NCBI GenBank assembly: GCA_904393845.1
Contig: CAJFNB010000002.1
Coordinates: 638 to 64,637 of the forward strand
From: Candidatus Alloclostridium intestinigallinarum
GTDB lineage: Bacteria; Bacillota; Clostridia; Christensenellales; UBA3700
Reading direction: 5' to 3'
DNA length: 64,000 bases
Below the pieces are notes generated by a model. That model was not told the origin of the DNA, made no database searches, and saw only the letters and a program-made list of their open reading frames with translations. Positions 18,670 through 28,700 of this stretch are shown here, one piece after another. The position numbers and the translations under genes are program-made. Positions within the stretch are counted from its first letter, which is position 1; each line of letters opens with the position of its first letter.

Positions 18670-19042
18670 GGTATGGCTGGCAGTTATTCTGCTCGCACTT
18701 ATCGTGGGTCTGGGCGCGGGAGAACAGATATACGTAAACAAGACGTTCGACAAGGCTATTGCGAAGGCGGACGAGATAACCGCGCTCATCGAAGCGGAAA
18801 ATTATGCGGGCGCAAACGCCGCCGCGGACGCCTTTTCCGATTGGTGGAAGGAAGAGCGCGATATTCTGGAATTCCTATGCCCGAATAACGACGTCAAGGG
18901 AATTATGACCGCCATAGGCGATTTACGCGGCGCGCTATCCGCCGGAATGTACGACGACAGCCTGCAAAGGAGTATATCCCTTTCGTGCAGCGTGGAAAAC
19001 AGTAAAAACCTGCTCGTATTCAAGTGGAAAAACGTGCTGTAA
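18659..19042 (+). CDS. DUF4363-like small membrane-anchored protein
   Basis: 127 aa with an N-terminal TM. It overlaps the DUF421 gene by 11 nt and has SD GGAGGAAG. The DUF421-DUF4363 pairing is common in Clostridia (from recollection). Confidence 0.55.
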   Translation: MRGKVWLAVILLALIVGLGAGEQIYVNKTFDKAIAKADEITALIEAENYAGANAAADAFSDWWKEERDILEFLCPNNDVKGIMTAIGDLRGALSAGMYDDSLQRSISLSCSVENSKNLLVFKWKNVL

Positions 19043-19112
19043 GCGCCGCTTTGCGAACAACTCTTTCCGACGAATACGCCGGCAATATCCGTTCCGGCGG
19101 TCCGCATATATT

Positions 19113-19142
19113 AAAAAACAAGGGACGCGCCCCTTGTTTTTT
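19113..19142. terminator. Bidirectional terminator between the DUF4363 gene and uvrA
   Basis: AAAAAACAAGGG-ACGCGC-CCCTTGTTTTTT: an A-tract, a GC stem and a T-tract, so it can work on both strands. Confidence 0.65.
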
Positions 19143-19190
19143 CGTCTTGTCTTTGCGGCGGCTCGCCGCCCGAAATCCGTCTTTTCTTCG

Positions 19191-22031
19191 TTACCGGTTA
19201 CCGTCGGTTGCCTGCATACCGAGTTTTTCACGGAGATATTGTCCCGTGTAACTGCCTTTTACCTTTGCCACTTCTTCGGGTGTGCCCTGCGCCACGATAG
19301 TGCCGCCCTTGTTGCCGCCCTCGGGTCCCAGGTCGATGATGTGGTCGGCTACCTTTATTACGTCAAGATTGTGCTCGATGACTATCACGGTATTGCCTTT
19401 GTCCACGAACTTATCCAGAATGGCGATAAGCCGCTTTACGTCGTCGGTATGAAGTCCCGTAGTTGGCTCGTCCAGAATATATACGGTTTTTCCCGTGCCG
19501 CGCTTGGAAAGTTCGGTAGCCAGCTTCACCCTCTGCGCCTCGCCGCCCGAAAGCGTGGTGGCGGGCTGACCCAGCTTTACATAGCCCAAGCCCACCTGTT
19601 GCAGAGTGCTTATCTTGTTGTATATCTGCGGCACGTTCCGGAAGAAGTCGCAAGCCTCGTCCACCGTCATTTCAAGAACATCGTAAATGCTCTTTCCCTT
19701 GTATTTCACTTCCAGCGTTTCGCGGTTGTAGCGTTTGCCGCCGCACACTTCGCAGGGCACATAGACGTCCGAGAGAAAGTGCATTTCTATCTTTATAATG
19801 CCGTCGCCGCCGCAGTTTTCGCACCTGCCTCCCGATACGTTGAAGGAAAATCTTCCCGCGTTATAGCCGCGCGCCTTTGCGTCGGGCAGTTTGGCAAACA
19901 GCTCCCTTATCGGAGTGAATACGCCCGTATACGTGGCGGGGTTGGAGCGCGGAGTTCTGCCTATCGGGCTTTGGTCAATGGATATCACCTTATCCAGATT
20001 TTCTATGCCCATGATGTCCTTGCACTCCACGTTGACCGTACGCGCGCCGTTGAGCTTCGCGGCGAGCGCAGGTTGAAGAATTTCACCCACGAGCGAACTT
20101 TTTCCGCTGCCCGAAACGCCCGTTATGGCAACGAATTTGCCGAGCGGAATTTTTACGTCGATATTTTTCAGATTATTCTTTTTCGCGCCCTTGACTGTTA
20201 TGAATTTGCCGTTGCCTTCCCTTCGCTTTTCGGGGACGGGAATGACCTTTCTGCCGCTCAGATAGTCGCCGGTAATTGAGTTTGTACACGCCGCCACTTC
20301 CTGAGGCGTACCCGCGACCACCACTTCTCCGCCGTGTACGCCCGCGCCCGGACCTATATCCACGATATAGTCCGCCTTGGACATGGTTTCTTCGTCGTGC
20401 TCCACGACTATCAGCGTATTGCCCAGATCGCGCAGACGGGTAAGAGTGTCAAGCAGTCTGCCGTTGTCGCGCTGGTGAAGCCCTATGCTGGGTTCGTCGA
20501 GGATATACAGAACGCCCGTAAGTCCGCTGCCCATCTGCGTGGCAAGGCGGATACGCTGGCTTTCGCCGCCCGAAAGCGTAGACGACGAACGGGAAAGCGT
20601 GAGGTAGTCAAGTCCTACGTTCACCATAAAGCCCAGCCTGCCTTTTATCTCCTTTATAACCTGCGCGGCGATTACGCTGTCGCGCTCGTTCAGCTTTAAT
20701 TCCTCGAAGAATTTCAGTTCCTCGTCAATGGGCAAATCGCACAATTCGGCAATGTTCAGTCCGCCAACGGTCACGCCGAGAGCTTCTTTCTTCAACCGCT
20801 TGCCGTGGCACACGTCGCAGGGAACGGGCGACATAAACCGCTCCAACTCCATTTTGGTAAGGTCGGAAGTGGTTTCCGTATACCTTCTGCTCATAATGTT
20901 GCACACGCCCTCGTACACTTTGGAATAAAAACCGTTGTTGAACACGCCGCGCATATCCGCGTCAAGCGGCTTATTGTCGCCGTAGAGGACTATCTTCTGT
21001 ATCTTCTCTGGCAAATCCTTGAACGGCACGGTAAGCGAGAAGCCGTACTTTTCGGCAAGGGCGCGCATCATGGCGGCGTTCACCTTGCAGGTATCGAAGC
21101 TCCACCCCTTTATATCCACCGCGCCTTCGGCGAGCGATTTATCCCACTTGACGAATTTGTTGAGGTCGGGCACCATGCTGAATCCCAGACCGAAACACTT
21201 GGGGCAGGCGCCGAACGGCGAGTTGAAGGAGAAGAAGCGCGGAGTAAGCTCTTCCATGGATATTTCGCAGTCGGGACAGGCGTATTTGGTGGAATACAGG
21301 GTATGCTCTTCCCCGTTCACGCACTCCACCAGTCCTTCCGAAAGTCTGAGCGCCGCTTCAAGGCTGTCCGTAAGGCGGCGTACTATACCCTGCTTTATCA
21401 CCAGTCTGTCCACCACTACGGATATGGTGTGCTTTATGTTCTTGTCGAGGTCTACGTCCGCCGCGCCGTCGTCGTAACGCAGTCCGTCCACTTCCACGCG
21501 CATATAACCGCTCTTGCGGAAACTTTCGAGCAACTTTGCAAATTCGCCCTTTCTGCCGCGCACGACGGGAGATACTATCATCACCTTGCTTCCTTCGGGC
21601 AGGGACATTATCTTGTCGGCTATCTGATCCACCGTCTGGCGCACTATTTCCTTGCCGCACTTCGGACAGTGGGGCACGCCTATGCGCGCGTATAGAAGGC
21701 GCAGATAGTCGTATATCTCCGTAACCGTGCCCACCGTGGAGCGCGGATTGTGTGAAGTGGTCTTCTGGTCTATGGAAATTGCGGGCGAAAGCCCTTCTAT
21801 ATAGTCCACGTCGGGCTTGTCCATCTGTCCCAAAAACTGGCGGGCGTAGGACGAAAGCGATTCCATATATCTGCGCTGACCCTCGGCAAACAGGGTGTCG
21901 AAGGCAAGCGAGGATTTTCCCGAACCGCTCAGCCCGGTGAAGACCACCAGCTTGTCGCGCGGAACGGTCACGTCTATGTTTTTAAGATTGTGCACCCTTG
22001 CGCCCTTGATTATTATCTTGTCCTGCATCAC
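19191..22031 (-). CDS. uvrA: Excinuclease ABC subunit A
   Basis: 946 aa. [29 protein letters not shown], two ABC modules, zinc-finger cysteines. Confidence 0.97.
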   Translation of the reverse strand: MMQDKIIIKGARVHNLKNIDVTVPRDKLVVFTGLSGSGKSSLAFDTLFAEGQRRYMESLSSYARQFLGQMDKPDVDYIEGLSPAISIDQKTTSHNPRSTVGTVTEIYDYLRLLYARIGVPHCPKCGKEIVRQTVDQIADKIMSLPEGSKVMIVSPVVRGRKGEFAKLLESFRKSGYMRVEVDGLRYDDGAADVDLDKNIKHTISVVVDRLVIKQGIVRRLTDSLEAALRLSEGLVECVNGEEHTLYSTKYACPDCEISMEELTPRFFSFNSPFGACPKCFGLGFSMVPDLNKFVKWDKSLAEGAVDIKGWSFDTCKVNAAMMRALAEKYGFSLTVPFKDLPEKIQKIVLYGDNKPLDADMRGVFNNGFYSKVYEGVCNIMSRRYTETTSDLTKMELERFMSPVPCDVCHGKRLKKEALGVTVGGLNIAELCDLPIDEELKFFEELKLNERDSVIAAQVIKEIKGRLGFMVNVGLDYLTLSRSSSTLSGGESQRIRLATQMGSGLTGVLYILDEPSIGLHQRDNGRLLDTLTRLRDLGNTLIVVEHDEETMSKADYIVDIGPGAGVHGGEVVVAGTPQEVAACTNSITGDYLSGRKVIPVPEKRREGNGKFITVKGAKKNNLKNIDVKIPLGKFVAITGVSGSGKSSLVGEILQPALAAKLNGARTVNVECKDIMGIENLDKVISIDQSPIGRTPRSNPATYTGVFTPIRELFAKLPDAKARGYNAGRFSFNVSGGRCENCGGDGIIKIEMHFLSDVYVPCEVCGGKRYNRETLEVKYKGKSIYDVLEMTVDEACDFFRNVPQIYNKISTLQQVGLGYVKLGQPATTLSGGEAQRVKLATELSKRGTGKTVYILDEPTTGLHTDDVKRLIAILDKFVDKGNTVIVIEHNLDVIKVADHIIDLGPEGGNKGGTIVAQGTPEEVAKVKGSYTGQYLREKLGMQATDGNR

Positions 22032-23989
22032 TTTTTCCTCTTTGCTTCCAATTTCCTCTTTAACGCGGCTATCTCCTCGCGGTACTTGATTGCAAGTTCA
22101 AAGTCAAGACTGCTTGCCGCCAGCTTCATCGACGAGGTGAGCCGCTCTATCTCCGCCCTTATCGCGCCCGCGTCTTCCACGGGTTTTTCTTCCACCTTTC
22201 TGCTTATCTCTATGGTGTTGTTTATCGGTTTTATTATCGTCTTGGGCGTAATATCGTGTTCCCTGTTGTACTCCTTCTGCACGTCGCGGCGGCGGTTGGT
22301 TTCGTCCAGCGCGCGCTGCATACTGCCCGTTATCACGTCCGCGTACATCACAACTTTCGCCTCGGCGTTACGCGCGGCGCGCCCTATCGTCTGAATGAGC
22401 GCGGTTTCACTGCGCAAAAAGCCCTCTTTGTCCGCGTCCAGAATCGCCACGAGTTTCACTTCCGGCAAGTCCAGCCCCTCGCGCAACAGGTTTATACCGA
22501 CGAGCACGTCGAAGTCGCCCTTTCGCAAGGACGTTATTATATCTATTCTTTCCAAAGTATCTATATCCGAGTGCATATAGCGTACTTTTATCTGGTTATC
22601 CTTCAAAAACGTCGTAAGGTCTTCCGCCATCTTCTTGGTAAGCGTAGTCACCAGCACCCTGCCGCCGCTTTCGGTCGTCGAGCGGATTTTGCCGATAAGG
22701 TCGTCTATCTGTCCCTTTACGGGCAGAACCTCCACTTCGGGGTCAACAAGTCCCGTGGGACGGATAAGCTGTTCCACAACCTGTCCCGCCTGCGCCATCT
22801 CGTAAGGTCCGGGAGTGGCGGAAACGCAGATAAGCTGACCTATCCGCTCGTCGAACTCGTCGAATTTGAGCGGACGGTTGTCGTAAGCCGCAGGCAGGCG
22901 GAAGCCGTAGTCCACCAGATTTTTCTTGCGCGCCAGATCGCCGTTGTACATCGCCCTTATCTGCGGAATTGTCATGTGGCTTTCGTCTATGAACAATATG
23001 AAGTCTTCGGGAAAGAAGTCAAGCAAAGTGTACGGCGGCTGTCCTTCGCTCCTGCCGTCGAAGTAGCGCGAATAATTTTCTATGCCGCTGCAATAACCCA
23101 TCTCCCTTATCATCTCCATATCGTAGCTTACGCGCTCGCGTATGCGCTGGGCTTCGATGAGTTTGCCGTTCTCTTCAAAAAATTTAACGCGCTCCACCAT
23201 GTCCGCGCCTATCTGCCTTAAAGCGGCGTCGCGCTTTTCCTTTTCCACCACGTATTGGCTGGCGGGGAATATATTCACGTGTTTAAGCGTTTCTATCGGT
23301 TTGCCCGTGAGCGGGTCTATGTGCGTGATACTCTCTATCTCGTCGCCGAAAAACTCTATTTTTATTGCCACCTTGTCGTTTTCCACGGGTACGACTTCCA
23401 CCACGTCGCCGCGCACGCGGAAGGTGGAACGCTGCAGATCCAGATCGGAGCGGTGGTATTGAATTTCTATCAGTCTGTCGATAAGCTCATCGCGGTCTAT
23501 GGTCATACCCTCGCGCAGGGATATTGCCATACTGAAATATTCCATGGGCGCGCCCAGACCGTAAATGCAAGAAACGGAAGCCACGACTATCACGTCCCTT
23601 CTTTCGCAAAGCGCGCTGGTGGCGGAGTTGCGCAGACGGTCTATCTCGTCGTTTACCGACATATCTTTTTCTATATACGTGTCGCTGCGCGGAATATACG
23701 CCTCGGGCTGATAATAATCGTAGTAGGAAACGAAATATTCCACCCTGTTTTCGGGAAAAAACTCCCTGAATTCGTTGCACAGCTGGGCGGCAAGCGTCTT
23801 GTTGTGCGCAATCACGAGCGCGGGTCTGTCCAGCTTCTGAATGACGTTAGCCATGGTAAACGTCTTACCGCTGCCCGTAACGCCCAACAAAACCTGGGTG
23901 CGCAGTCCGTCCTGCACGCCCTCCACGAGTTTGTCTATTGCCTGCGGCTGGTCGCCGCACGGCTTGTACTTGGAATGCAACTTAAACAT
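22028..23989 (-). CDS. uvrB: Excinuclease ABC subunit B
   Basis: 653 aa. [22 protein letters not shown], helicase motifs, and a C-terminal UVR domain ([17 protein letters not shown]). 4-nt overlap with uvrA. Confidence 0.97.
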   Translation of the reverse strand: MFKLHSKYKPCGDQPQAIDKLVEGVQDGLRTQVLLGVTGSGKTFTMANVIQKLDRPALVIAHNKTLAAQLCNEFREFFPENRVEYFVSYYDYYQPEAYIPRSDTYIEKDMSVNDEIDRLRNSATSALCERRDVIVVASVSCIYGLGAPMEYFSMAISLREGMTIDRDELIDRLIEIQYHRSDLDLQRSTFRVRGDVVEVVPVENDKVAIKIEFFGDEIESITHIDPLTGKPIETLKHVNIFPASQYVVEKEKRDAALRQIGADMVERVKFFEENGKLIEAQRIRERVSYDMEMIREMGYCSGIENYSRYFDGRSEGQPPYTLLDFFPEDFILFIDESHMTIPQIRAMYNGDLARKKNLVDYGFRLPAAYDNRPLKFDEFDERIGQLICVSATPGPYEMAQAGQVVEQLIRPTGLVDPEVEVLPVKGQIDDLIGKIRSTTESGGRVLVTTLTKKMAEDLTTFLKDNQIKVRYMHSDIDTLERIDIITSLRKGDFDVLVGINLLREGLDLPEVKLVAILDADKEGFLRSETALIQTIGRAARNAEAKVVMYADVITGSMQRALDETNRRRDVQKEYNREHDITPKTIIKPINNTIEISRKVEEKPVEDAGAIRAEIERLTSSMKLAASSLDFELAIKYREEIAALKRKLEAKRKK

Positions 23990-23999
23990 AGTTTTTCAT

Positions 24000-24028
24000 A
24001 TTATAGCACATATGTTCGCACATATCAA
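24000..24028 (-). promoter_or_regulatory. uvrBA promoter with a LexA (Cheo-type) box in the spacer
   Basis: Minus strand reads TTGATA (24028-23), 17-nt spacer, TATAAT (24005-00). The spacer contains GCGAACATATGTGC (24019-06), one mismatch from CGAACnnnnGTTCG. Confidence 0.55.
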
Positions 24029-24033
24029 CTTTT

Positions 24034-24396
24034 TTATGAGAAAATACTGCGCAGAATAAGCCCTATCGCAAAGCTGAGCAACGCGCCCGCAACGGTGAGC
24101 ACTATTTTGAATATTACCTGCCTTCTTTCATTCTTGATCTGCCTTATCACGGCGTAGCCGTTCTGATGCAGGGTGAAACAATAGTGCAGATCGCCCTTTT
24201 TGTCCGTTTCTATAAGCTCGAAATAATCGTCCGTCTGCAACGATTTCAGGTATGCCGGCAGATCGTCGCGCTTGAAACGCACGCTGTAAGGAATGGCGGA
24301 AAGCAGTTCCACGGGACGGATAAGGCACGTTCCGCCCTTATCCGCCGCACGTTTGTAGATTGCGCTCATGATAGCTTTTTGCGTTCTGTTTATCAT
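24034..24396 (-). CDS. Hypothetical small protein with C-terminal TM anchor (paralogue B)
   Basis: Trimmed to the ATG at 24396 (MINRTQKAIMSAIYKRAADKGG...), which overlaps the upstream stop as ATGA. 120 aa. C-terminal IFKIVLTVAGALLSFAIGLILRSIF. Confidence 0.5.
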   Translation of the reverse strand: MINRTQKAIMSAIYKRAADKGGTCLIRPVELLSAIPYSVRFKRDDLPAYLKSLQTDDYFELIETDKKGDLHYCFTLHQNGYAVIRQIKNERRQVIFKIVLTVAGALLSFAIGLILRSIFS

Positions 24397-24773
24397 ACCG
24401 CCAGAATCAGATAGATTATCGCTCCGCCTATAACGCCGCCGAACAAGCCGCATATCGCCGCGATAACCGCCGTTTTCGCCCTCTCCCATAAGGAAGGCTT
24501 TACCGCGGGAGCGGGAACTTCCGCTCCGCTTTCTTCTTTAACCGCGCTTACGCGCTTTGCCGCCGCTGCCGCCGCCCTGCCGCTTGAAGTAAGGCAAAGG
24601 CAGACTTCGCCCTCGTCCGAATATTTTATGACCGCGTAGCCGTTCGTCTTTAACGCGTCCAGCTCTTCACGCGCGGTTTCGGATACCGCGGTAAGGTCCG
24701 CCCAGTCGAATACGGCGTACCTGTCGCCGTCTGTGTTTTCGGACAGATAACCGAGCAAAGGCGCGGTATCCAT
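24393..24773 (-). CDS. Hypothetical small protein with C-terminal TM anchor (paralogue A)
   Basis: 126 aa. It starts 1 nt after the hom stop. C-terminal AVIAAICGLFGGVIGGAIIYLILAV. It shares an L..L.T..Y..I...D..G core with the next gene. Confidence 0.5.
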   Translation of the reverse strand: MDTAPLLGYLSENTDGDRYAVFDWADLTAVSETAREELDALKTNGYAVIKYSDEGEVCLCLTSSGRAAAAAAKRVSAVKEESGAEVPAPAVKPSLWERAKTAVIAAICGLFGGVIGGAIIYLILAV

Positions 24774-26048
24774 TTATCTCTCCACCCTTATCACGTTTTC
24801 CACGCTGATCACGTTGGCAAGGCGGGAGATTTCCTCGACGGACTTGTTCATCGCCTTTTCGTTCGTAAGATGGGTCACGAACACTATGGATATAACTTCC
24901 TTGCCCTCTTCCTGTCTCATCTGCGCGATGGACACCTTGTACTTTTTGAATACGTTGGCTATATCCGCCACTACGCCCGCCACGTCGTGCACGTTAAGGC
25001 GCAGATAGTAGCGCGACATGAAGTCGGAATTTATATCCTTCTGGGTCATGCTCTCGTTCATTTCGCTGTAACGGGCGTGCTCTATCTGACGCGCGCAGTA
25101 CACTATGTCGGATACGATAGCACTGCCCGTGGGCAAATCGCCCGCGCCCCTGCCGTAAAGCATTATGTCGCCCACCGCGTCGCCTACAAGGAATACGGCG
25201 TTGAACGAACCGTTGACATTGGCAAGGGGGTGATCCTTGGGCAGGAATACGGGGTGCACGCGCGCTTCTATCTTGCCGTTATTGCCGTTTTTGGCAATGG
25301 CGAGCAGTTTGATTACATACCCGAGCTTATCCGCCTGTTCTATATCCACGGAAGTGATATGCGTTATGCCCTCGCGGTATATCAAATCCACGGGCACGCG
25401 CTTGTTGAAAGCGAGCGAAGCCAGAATGCTCAGCTTGTAACCGGAGTCGAAACCTTCCACGTCCGCGACGGGATTTGCTTCCGCATAGCCCAGCGCCTGC
25501 GCGTCTTTCAGAATTTCGGCGTAATCCAGCCCTTCCTGCGCCATACGCGTGAGAATGTAGTTGGTCGTGCCGTTTATAATCGCCTTTATTTCCAGAATAC
25601 GGTTGGCCTGCATTGCCGCCGTCATAACCCTGATTATGGGCATGCCGCCGCCCGTGGTGGCTTCATAATAAAGCCCCGCGCCCGTGGGCGCCGCCGCGGC
25701 TTCCAGCTCCGGCCAGCTTTTTGCGAACATTTCCTTGTTGGAAGTCACTATGCTCTTGCCCGCGGAAAGCGCCTTTATAAGGAAGGTCTTTGCCGGCTCT
25801 ACCCCGCCCATGCATTCGACGACAATGTCTATATCGTCGCGAGCAACTATCTCGTCAATGGATCCGGCAAGCAGGGAAAGATCCGCTCCCGCCGCAGTCA
25901 CGCGCGCCGGAATTTTGTCGAGCACGGCTTTCACTTCCACTTCCACGCCGTATTCGTCCATTATCGCCTGCTTTCTGTCAACCAGAATTTTGTAAGTTCC
26001 GCCGCCTACTACTCCCATTCCGAGTATTGCCACACCTGCTTTTTTCAT
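24774..26048 (-). CDS. hom: Homoserine dehydrogenase with C-terminal ACT domain
   Basis: 424 aa. VAILGMGVVGGGTYKIL NAD-binding loop, TSNKE and NGTTNYIL motifs, ACT-like tail. Confidence 0.9.
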   Translation of the reverse strand: MKKAGVAILGMGVVGGGTYKILVDRKQAIMDEYGVEVEVKAVLDKIPARVTAAGADLSLLAGSIDEIVARDDIDIVVECMGGVEPAKTFLIKALSAGKSIVTSNKEMFAKSWPELEAAAAPTGAGLYYEATTGGGMPIIRVMTAAMQANRILEIKAIINGTTNYILTRMAQEGLDYAEILKDAQALGYAEANPVADVEGFDSGYKLSILASLAFNKRVPVDLIYREGITHITSVDIEQADKLGYVIKLLAIAKNGNNGKIEARVHPVFLPKDHPLANVNGSFNAVFLVGDAVGDIMLYGRGAGDLPTGSAIVSDIVYCARQIEHARYSEMNESMTQKDINSDFMSRYYLRLNVHDVAGVVADIANVFKKYKVSIAQMRQEEGKEVISIVFVTHLTNEKAMNKSVEEISRLANVISVENVIRVER

Positions 26049-26051
26049 ATC

Positions 26052-26837
26052 TCACTCCTTTGTCTTGTTGGTATTCATGTCGTATATTATCTTAAGTCCT
26101 TTCAACGTAAGGGACCTGTCCACTATGTCTATTATCTTTTCTTCCGGCACGGAGCGCACAAGTTCGCTCAATCCGCCCGTGGCTACCACCTTTACGTCCT
26201 CTTCTCCGCATTCCTTTTTCATGCGTTCGAGAATGTATTGCACAAGCCCGGTATATCCGTAGATAAGTCCCGCCTGCATATTATTGCCCGTGTTACGGCA
26301 GATTATAGTTTCCGGCTTGATAAGCTCTATCTTGGGAAGGCGCGCCGTATGCTCCACAAGGCTGTCGAGGCTGGTTTTTATGCCGGGGGCTATGCACCCG
26401 CCCATAAATTCGCCGTCCTTGGTGACATAGTTGAACGTGGTTGCCGTTCCGAAGTCCACCACTATGCACGGCCCTTTGTACAGTTTGTACGCCGCCACGC
26501 AGTTGACTATTCTGTCCGCGCCCACTTCCTGGGGGTTGGTATACTTGATTTTAAGTCCCGTCTTTATCCCCACGCCCACGGTTATCGGCTTGAAACCGAA
26601 ATAATACTGGCAGGCGTGTTCCATGGTATAGTTCAGATCGGGCTGGACGGACGACATGATTATGCCCGTTATGCGCGATATGTCGTCTATCTCGTTCATG
26701 AGCAGCATTCTCAGTTCCGCGCCTATCTCGTCCGCCGTGCGCAAAGTGACGGAAAACCGCCATGCGTGCACCAGCTCGTCTTTGGAAAACAAGCCGACTT
26801 TTATATTCGTGTTGCCTATATCTATTGCAAGTATCAT
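26052..26837 (-). CDS. coaX: Type III pantothenate kinase
   Basis: 261 aa. MILAIDIGNTNIKVGLF, VGADRIVN and VDFGTATTF motifs. Confidence 0.92.
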   Translation of the reverse strand: MILAIDIGNTNIKVGLFSKDELVHAWRFSVTLRTADEIGAELRMLLMNEIDDISRITGIIMSSVQPDLNYTMEHACQYYFGFKPITVGVGIKTGLKIKYTNPQEVGADRIVNCVAAYKLYKGPCIVVDFGTATTFNYVTKDGEFMGGCIAPGIKTSLDSLVEHTARLPKIELIKPETIICRNTGNNMQAGLIYGYTGLVQYILERMKKECGEEDVKVVATGGLSELVRSVPEEKIIDIVDRSLTLKGLKIIYDMNTNKTKE

Positions 26838-27622
26838 CTGTTTTTTGCGTCCTTTTGCTCCCTATCGCCGCCGTTTATGCTTCCGGCTTCCGCGGAAGTT
26901 GAAATAATATCCTCTCCCGCGCCGTCCGTATCTTCCGCAAGCCGCACTGCCGTCTTACCCGAAGCGGTCCTTTTCCTGCCGTACCCCGCCCTGTTCAGCG
27001 CGGTGACGATGGGCGGCACCAGAATGGTGAACGCAGCTACTTCTATCGTTGCATTTACCGCCAGAGTTACCTGAAAGAACTGCGGCAGGAGCGAACTGTC
27101 TATCGGCATATTGCCCACCATATAGCAAAGCCATATCATAAGGCATACAAGCCCGGTATTCGTGAGCGTGCCCGCGAAAGCGGTAAAACTTGCCACGCCG
27201 TATACCGCCGCCTGCTTTTTTCTGTTTACGCTTTTATATTCCGAACTTCCCGGCGCAAGCGCGGACAGCTTGGGCGCGAACCTTTTTTCCACAAGTTTAT
27301 TAAGACCGTGGTAGGAAAGATATGCCACAAGTCCCACCGCAAGACGGGGCGGAATAGCCACCAGCGGATTGCGGAACACGGGCGCGAGTAACGAGCCTGC
27401 GCCCACCGTATACGCCGAAGTAAGCATGCCGCACGCCATCAGCACGGACAAAAACGCGGTTACGCCCTTTTTCTGCGTCATTGCCGAAACTAGCACGGGC
27501 ACCAGGCAGAACGCCAGCGTGGCTCCGGCGATAGGCGGCACCTGTACGAAGATAAATATTATCTCCAGCGCCGTCAAAACAGCCGTGATTGCTACCGTTT
27601 GAGCGGATATTTTTCTTTTCAT
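26834..27622 (-). CDS. ECF-transporter S-component-like membrane protein (possible pantothenate PanT)
   Basis: 262 aa, about 6 TM, with a hydrophilic tail. The opening ISAQTVAITAVLTALEIIFIFV resembles S components. 4-nt overlap with coaX. The substrate is inferred from context only. Confidence 0.45.
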   Translation of the reverse strand: MKRKISAQTVAITAVLTALEIIFIFVQVPPIAGATLAFCLVPVLVSAMTQKKGVTAFLSVLMACGMLTSAYTVGAGSLLAPVFRNPLVAIPPRLAVGLVAYLSYHGLNKLVEKRFAPKLSALAPGSSEYKSVNRKKQAAVYGVASFTAFAGTLTNTGLVCLMIWLCYMVGNMPIDSSLLPQFFQVTLAVNATIEVAAFTILVPPIVTALNRAGYGRKRTASGKTAVRLAEDTDGAGEDIISTSAEAGSINGGDREQKDAKNR

Positions 27623-27782
27623 GTACTCTCCGATTAGGCTCCGAAGATGCCTATCTAAGCCTTATTCCAAGAAGATTTCCCGTCAGCGTAAGGCCCGACG
27701 TGCCTCCGCAAAGATACTCCTTGTCGCTTTATTATATCAAATACGCGCGCATACTGCAAGTAATTGCGGGGTAAAATACCCC

Positions 27783-28208
27783 TTAAAGCGCTCCGAACAG
27801 TCTGAGCAGAATAGCCCCGTGCCAGAGGAGTACGGGGAAAAATATTATGCCGCTTATCCCTTCCTTTACCGTGAAAACCGCTATTACCAGGGACAGCGCG
27901 GCGATAAGCACCATGAGCGCGGCGGCAAAACTCTCCGCCAGAGTACATAAAGCCACCCTCCATGCCAGATACGTTGCCAGCATGACTATTATGAGCAAAT
28001 ATACCTTCCATCTTCCGCGCACGGCAAGACGGGTCATGGTAAGCGTTATGAGCACATAGTTTGCGCCCCATATGAGATTTACCGCCGCACTACCGCCCGC
28101 ATGGGTGAAATGCACGCGCACAAAGGACGTAAGACTGCAAAAAAATAAGACGACGCCCATGGAAAGCGCCGCCGCCCAAAGATATTTTACCAAGCGCATA
28201 CCGTTCAC
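27783..28208 (-). CDS. Hypothetical 4-TM membrane protein
   Basis: 141 aa, hydrophobic throughout. No family recognised. Confidence 0.4.
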   Translation of the reverse strand: MNGMRLVKYLWAAALSMGVVLFFCSLTSFVRVHFTHAGGSAAVNLIWGANYVLITLTMTRLAVRGRWKVYLLIIVMLATYLAWRVALCTLAESFAAALMVLIAALSLVIAVFTVKEGISGIIFFPVLLWHGAILLRLFGAL

Positions 28209-28235
28209 GTTAGATTATATGCGCGGAAAGTACAC

Positions 28236-28541
28236 TTATTGCCCCTGCTCTTTTTTCCTGCGCCACGGCTTGCGCGGATACTCTTCTTTCAGACAGCCGT
28301 TTTCGTCGAAAGCGCCGATATGCTTATAATAAAAATAGATTGCCGCGTCCCAGCCCAGTCCGACCACGGTGCACGGAAGCACGAAATAGAGAAAGTACTG
28401 CCCCAAAAGTTGCGTAAACACGAACTGCACGCACAGCCACATGACAAAAAGCAAGGTAAAAGCTATCATCACCCACAGTCTGTACAACAGCGGCTTTCCG
28501 TAATAACTTATCATCCATGTGAAGAAGTTGAACTTTCTCAT
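28236..28541 (-). CDS. Hypothetical small 2-TM membrane protein, probably translated from a leaderless mRNA
   Basis: Track ORF 28236..28559 trimmed to the second ATG (28541; MRKFNFFTWMISYYG...) because a consensus promoter places the transcription start on that ATG. Neither ATG has an SD. Confidence 0.5.
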   Translation of the reverse strand: MRKFNFFTWMISYYGKPLLYRLWVMIAFTLLFVMWLCVQFVFTQLLGQYFLYFVLPCTVVGLGWDAAIYFYYKHIGAFDENGCLKEEYPRKPWRRKKEQGQ

Positions 28542-28547
28542 ACCGTA

Positions 28548-28576
28548 ATTATAGCGCATAAAAAAGGCTCGGTCAA
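28548..28576 (-). promoter_or_regulatory. Consensus promoter positioned for a leaderless transcript
   Basis: Minus strand reads TTGACC (28576-71), 17-nt spacer, TATAAT (28553-48), TACGGT, ATG (28541). Confidence 0.55.
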
Positions 28577-28700
28577 GTAAAAGCCGTCTGCGTGATATGT
28601 ATTCAATATAGGACTACTCAAAAATAATTACTGCGCGATTTACAAATAAGCTATACAAAAGACAGATATATTCAACACATTTGTATTGATACAAACAAAA

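Noticed and set aside
27623-27782. Known riboswitch (TPP, FMN, THF, preQ1, cobalamin) in the leader of the ECF S-component gene.
   Set aside because: None of the conserved cores of these classes is visible by eye. Only a small hairpin is evident. It is left as an open question in the findings rather than called as a feature.
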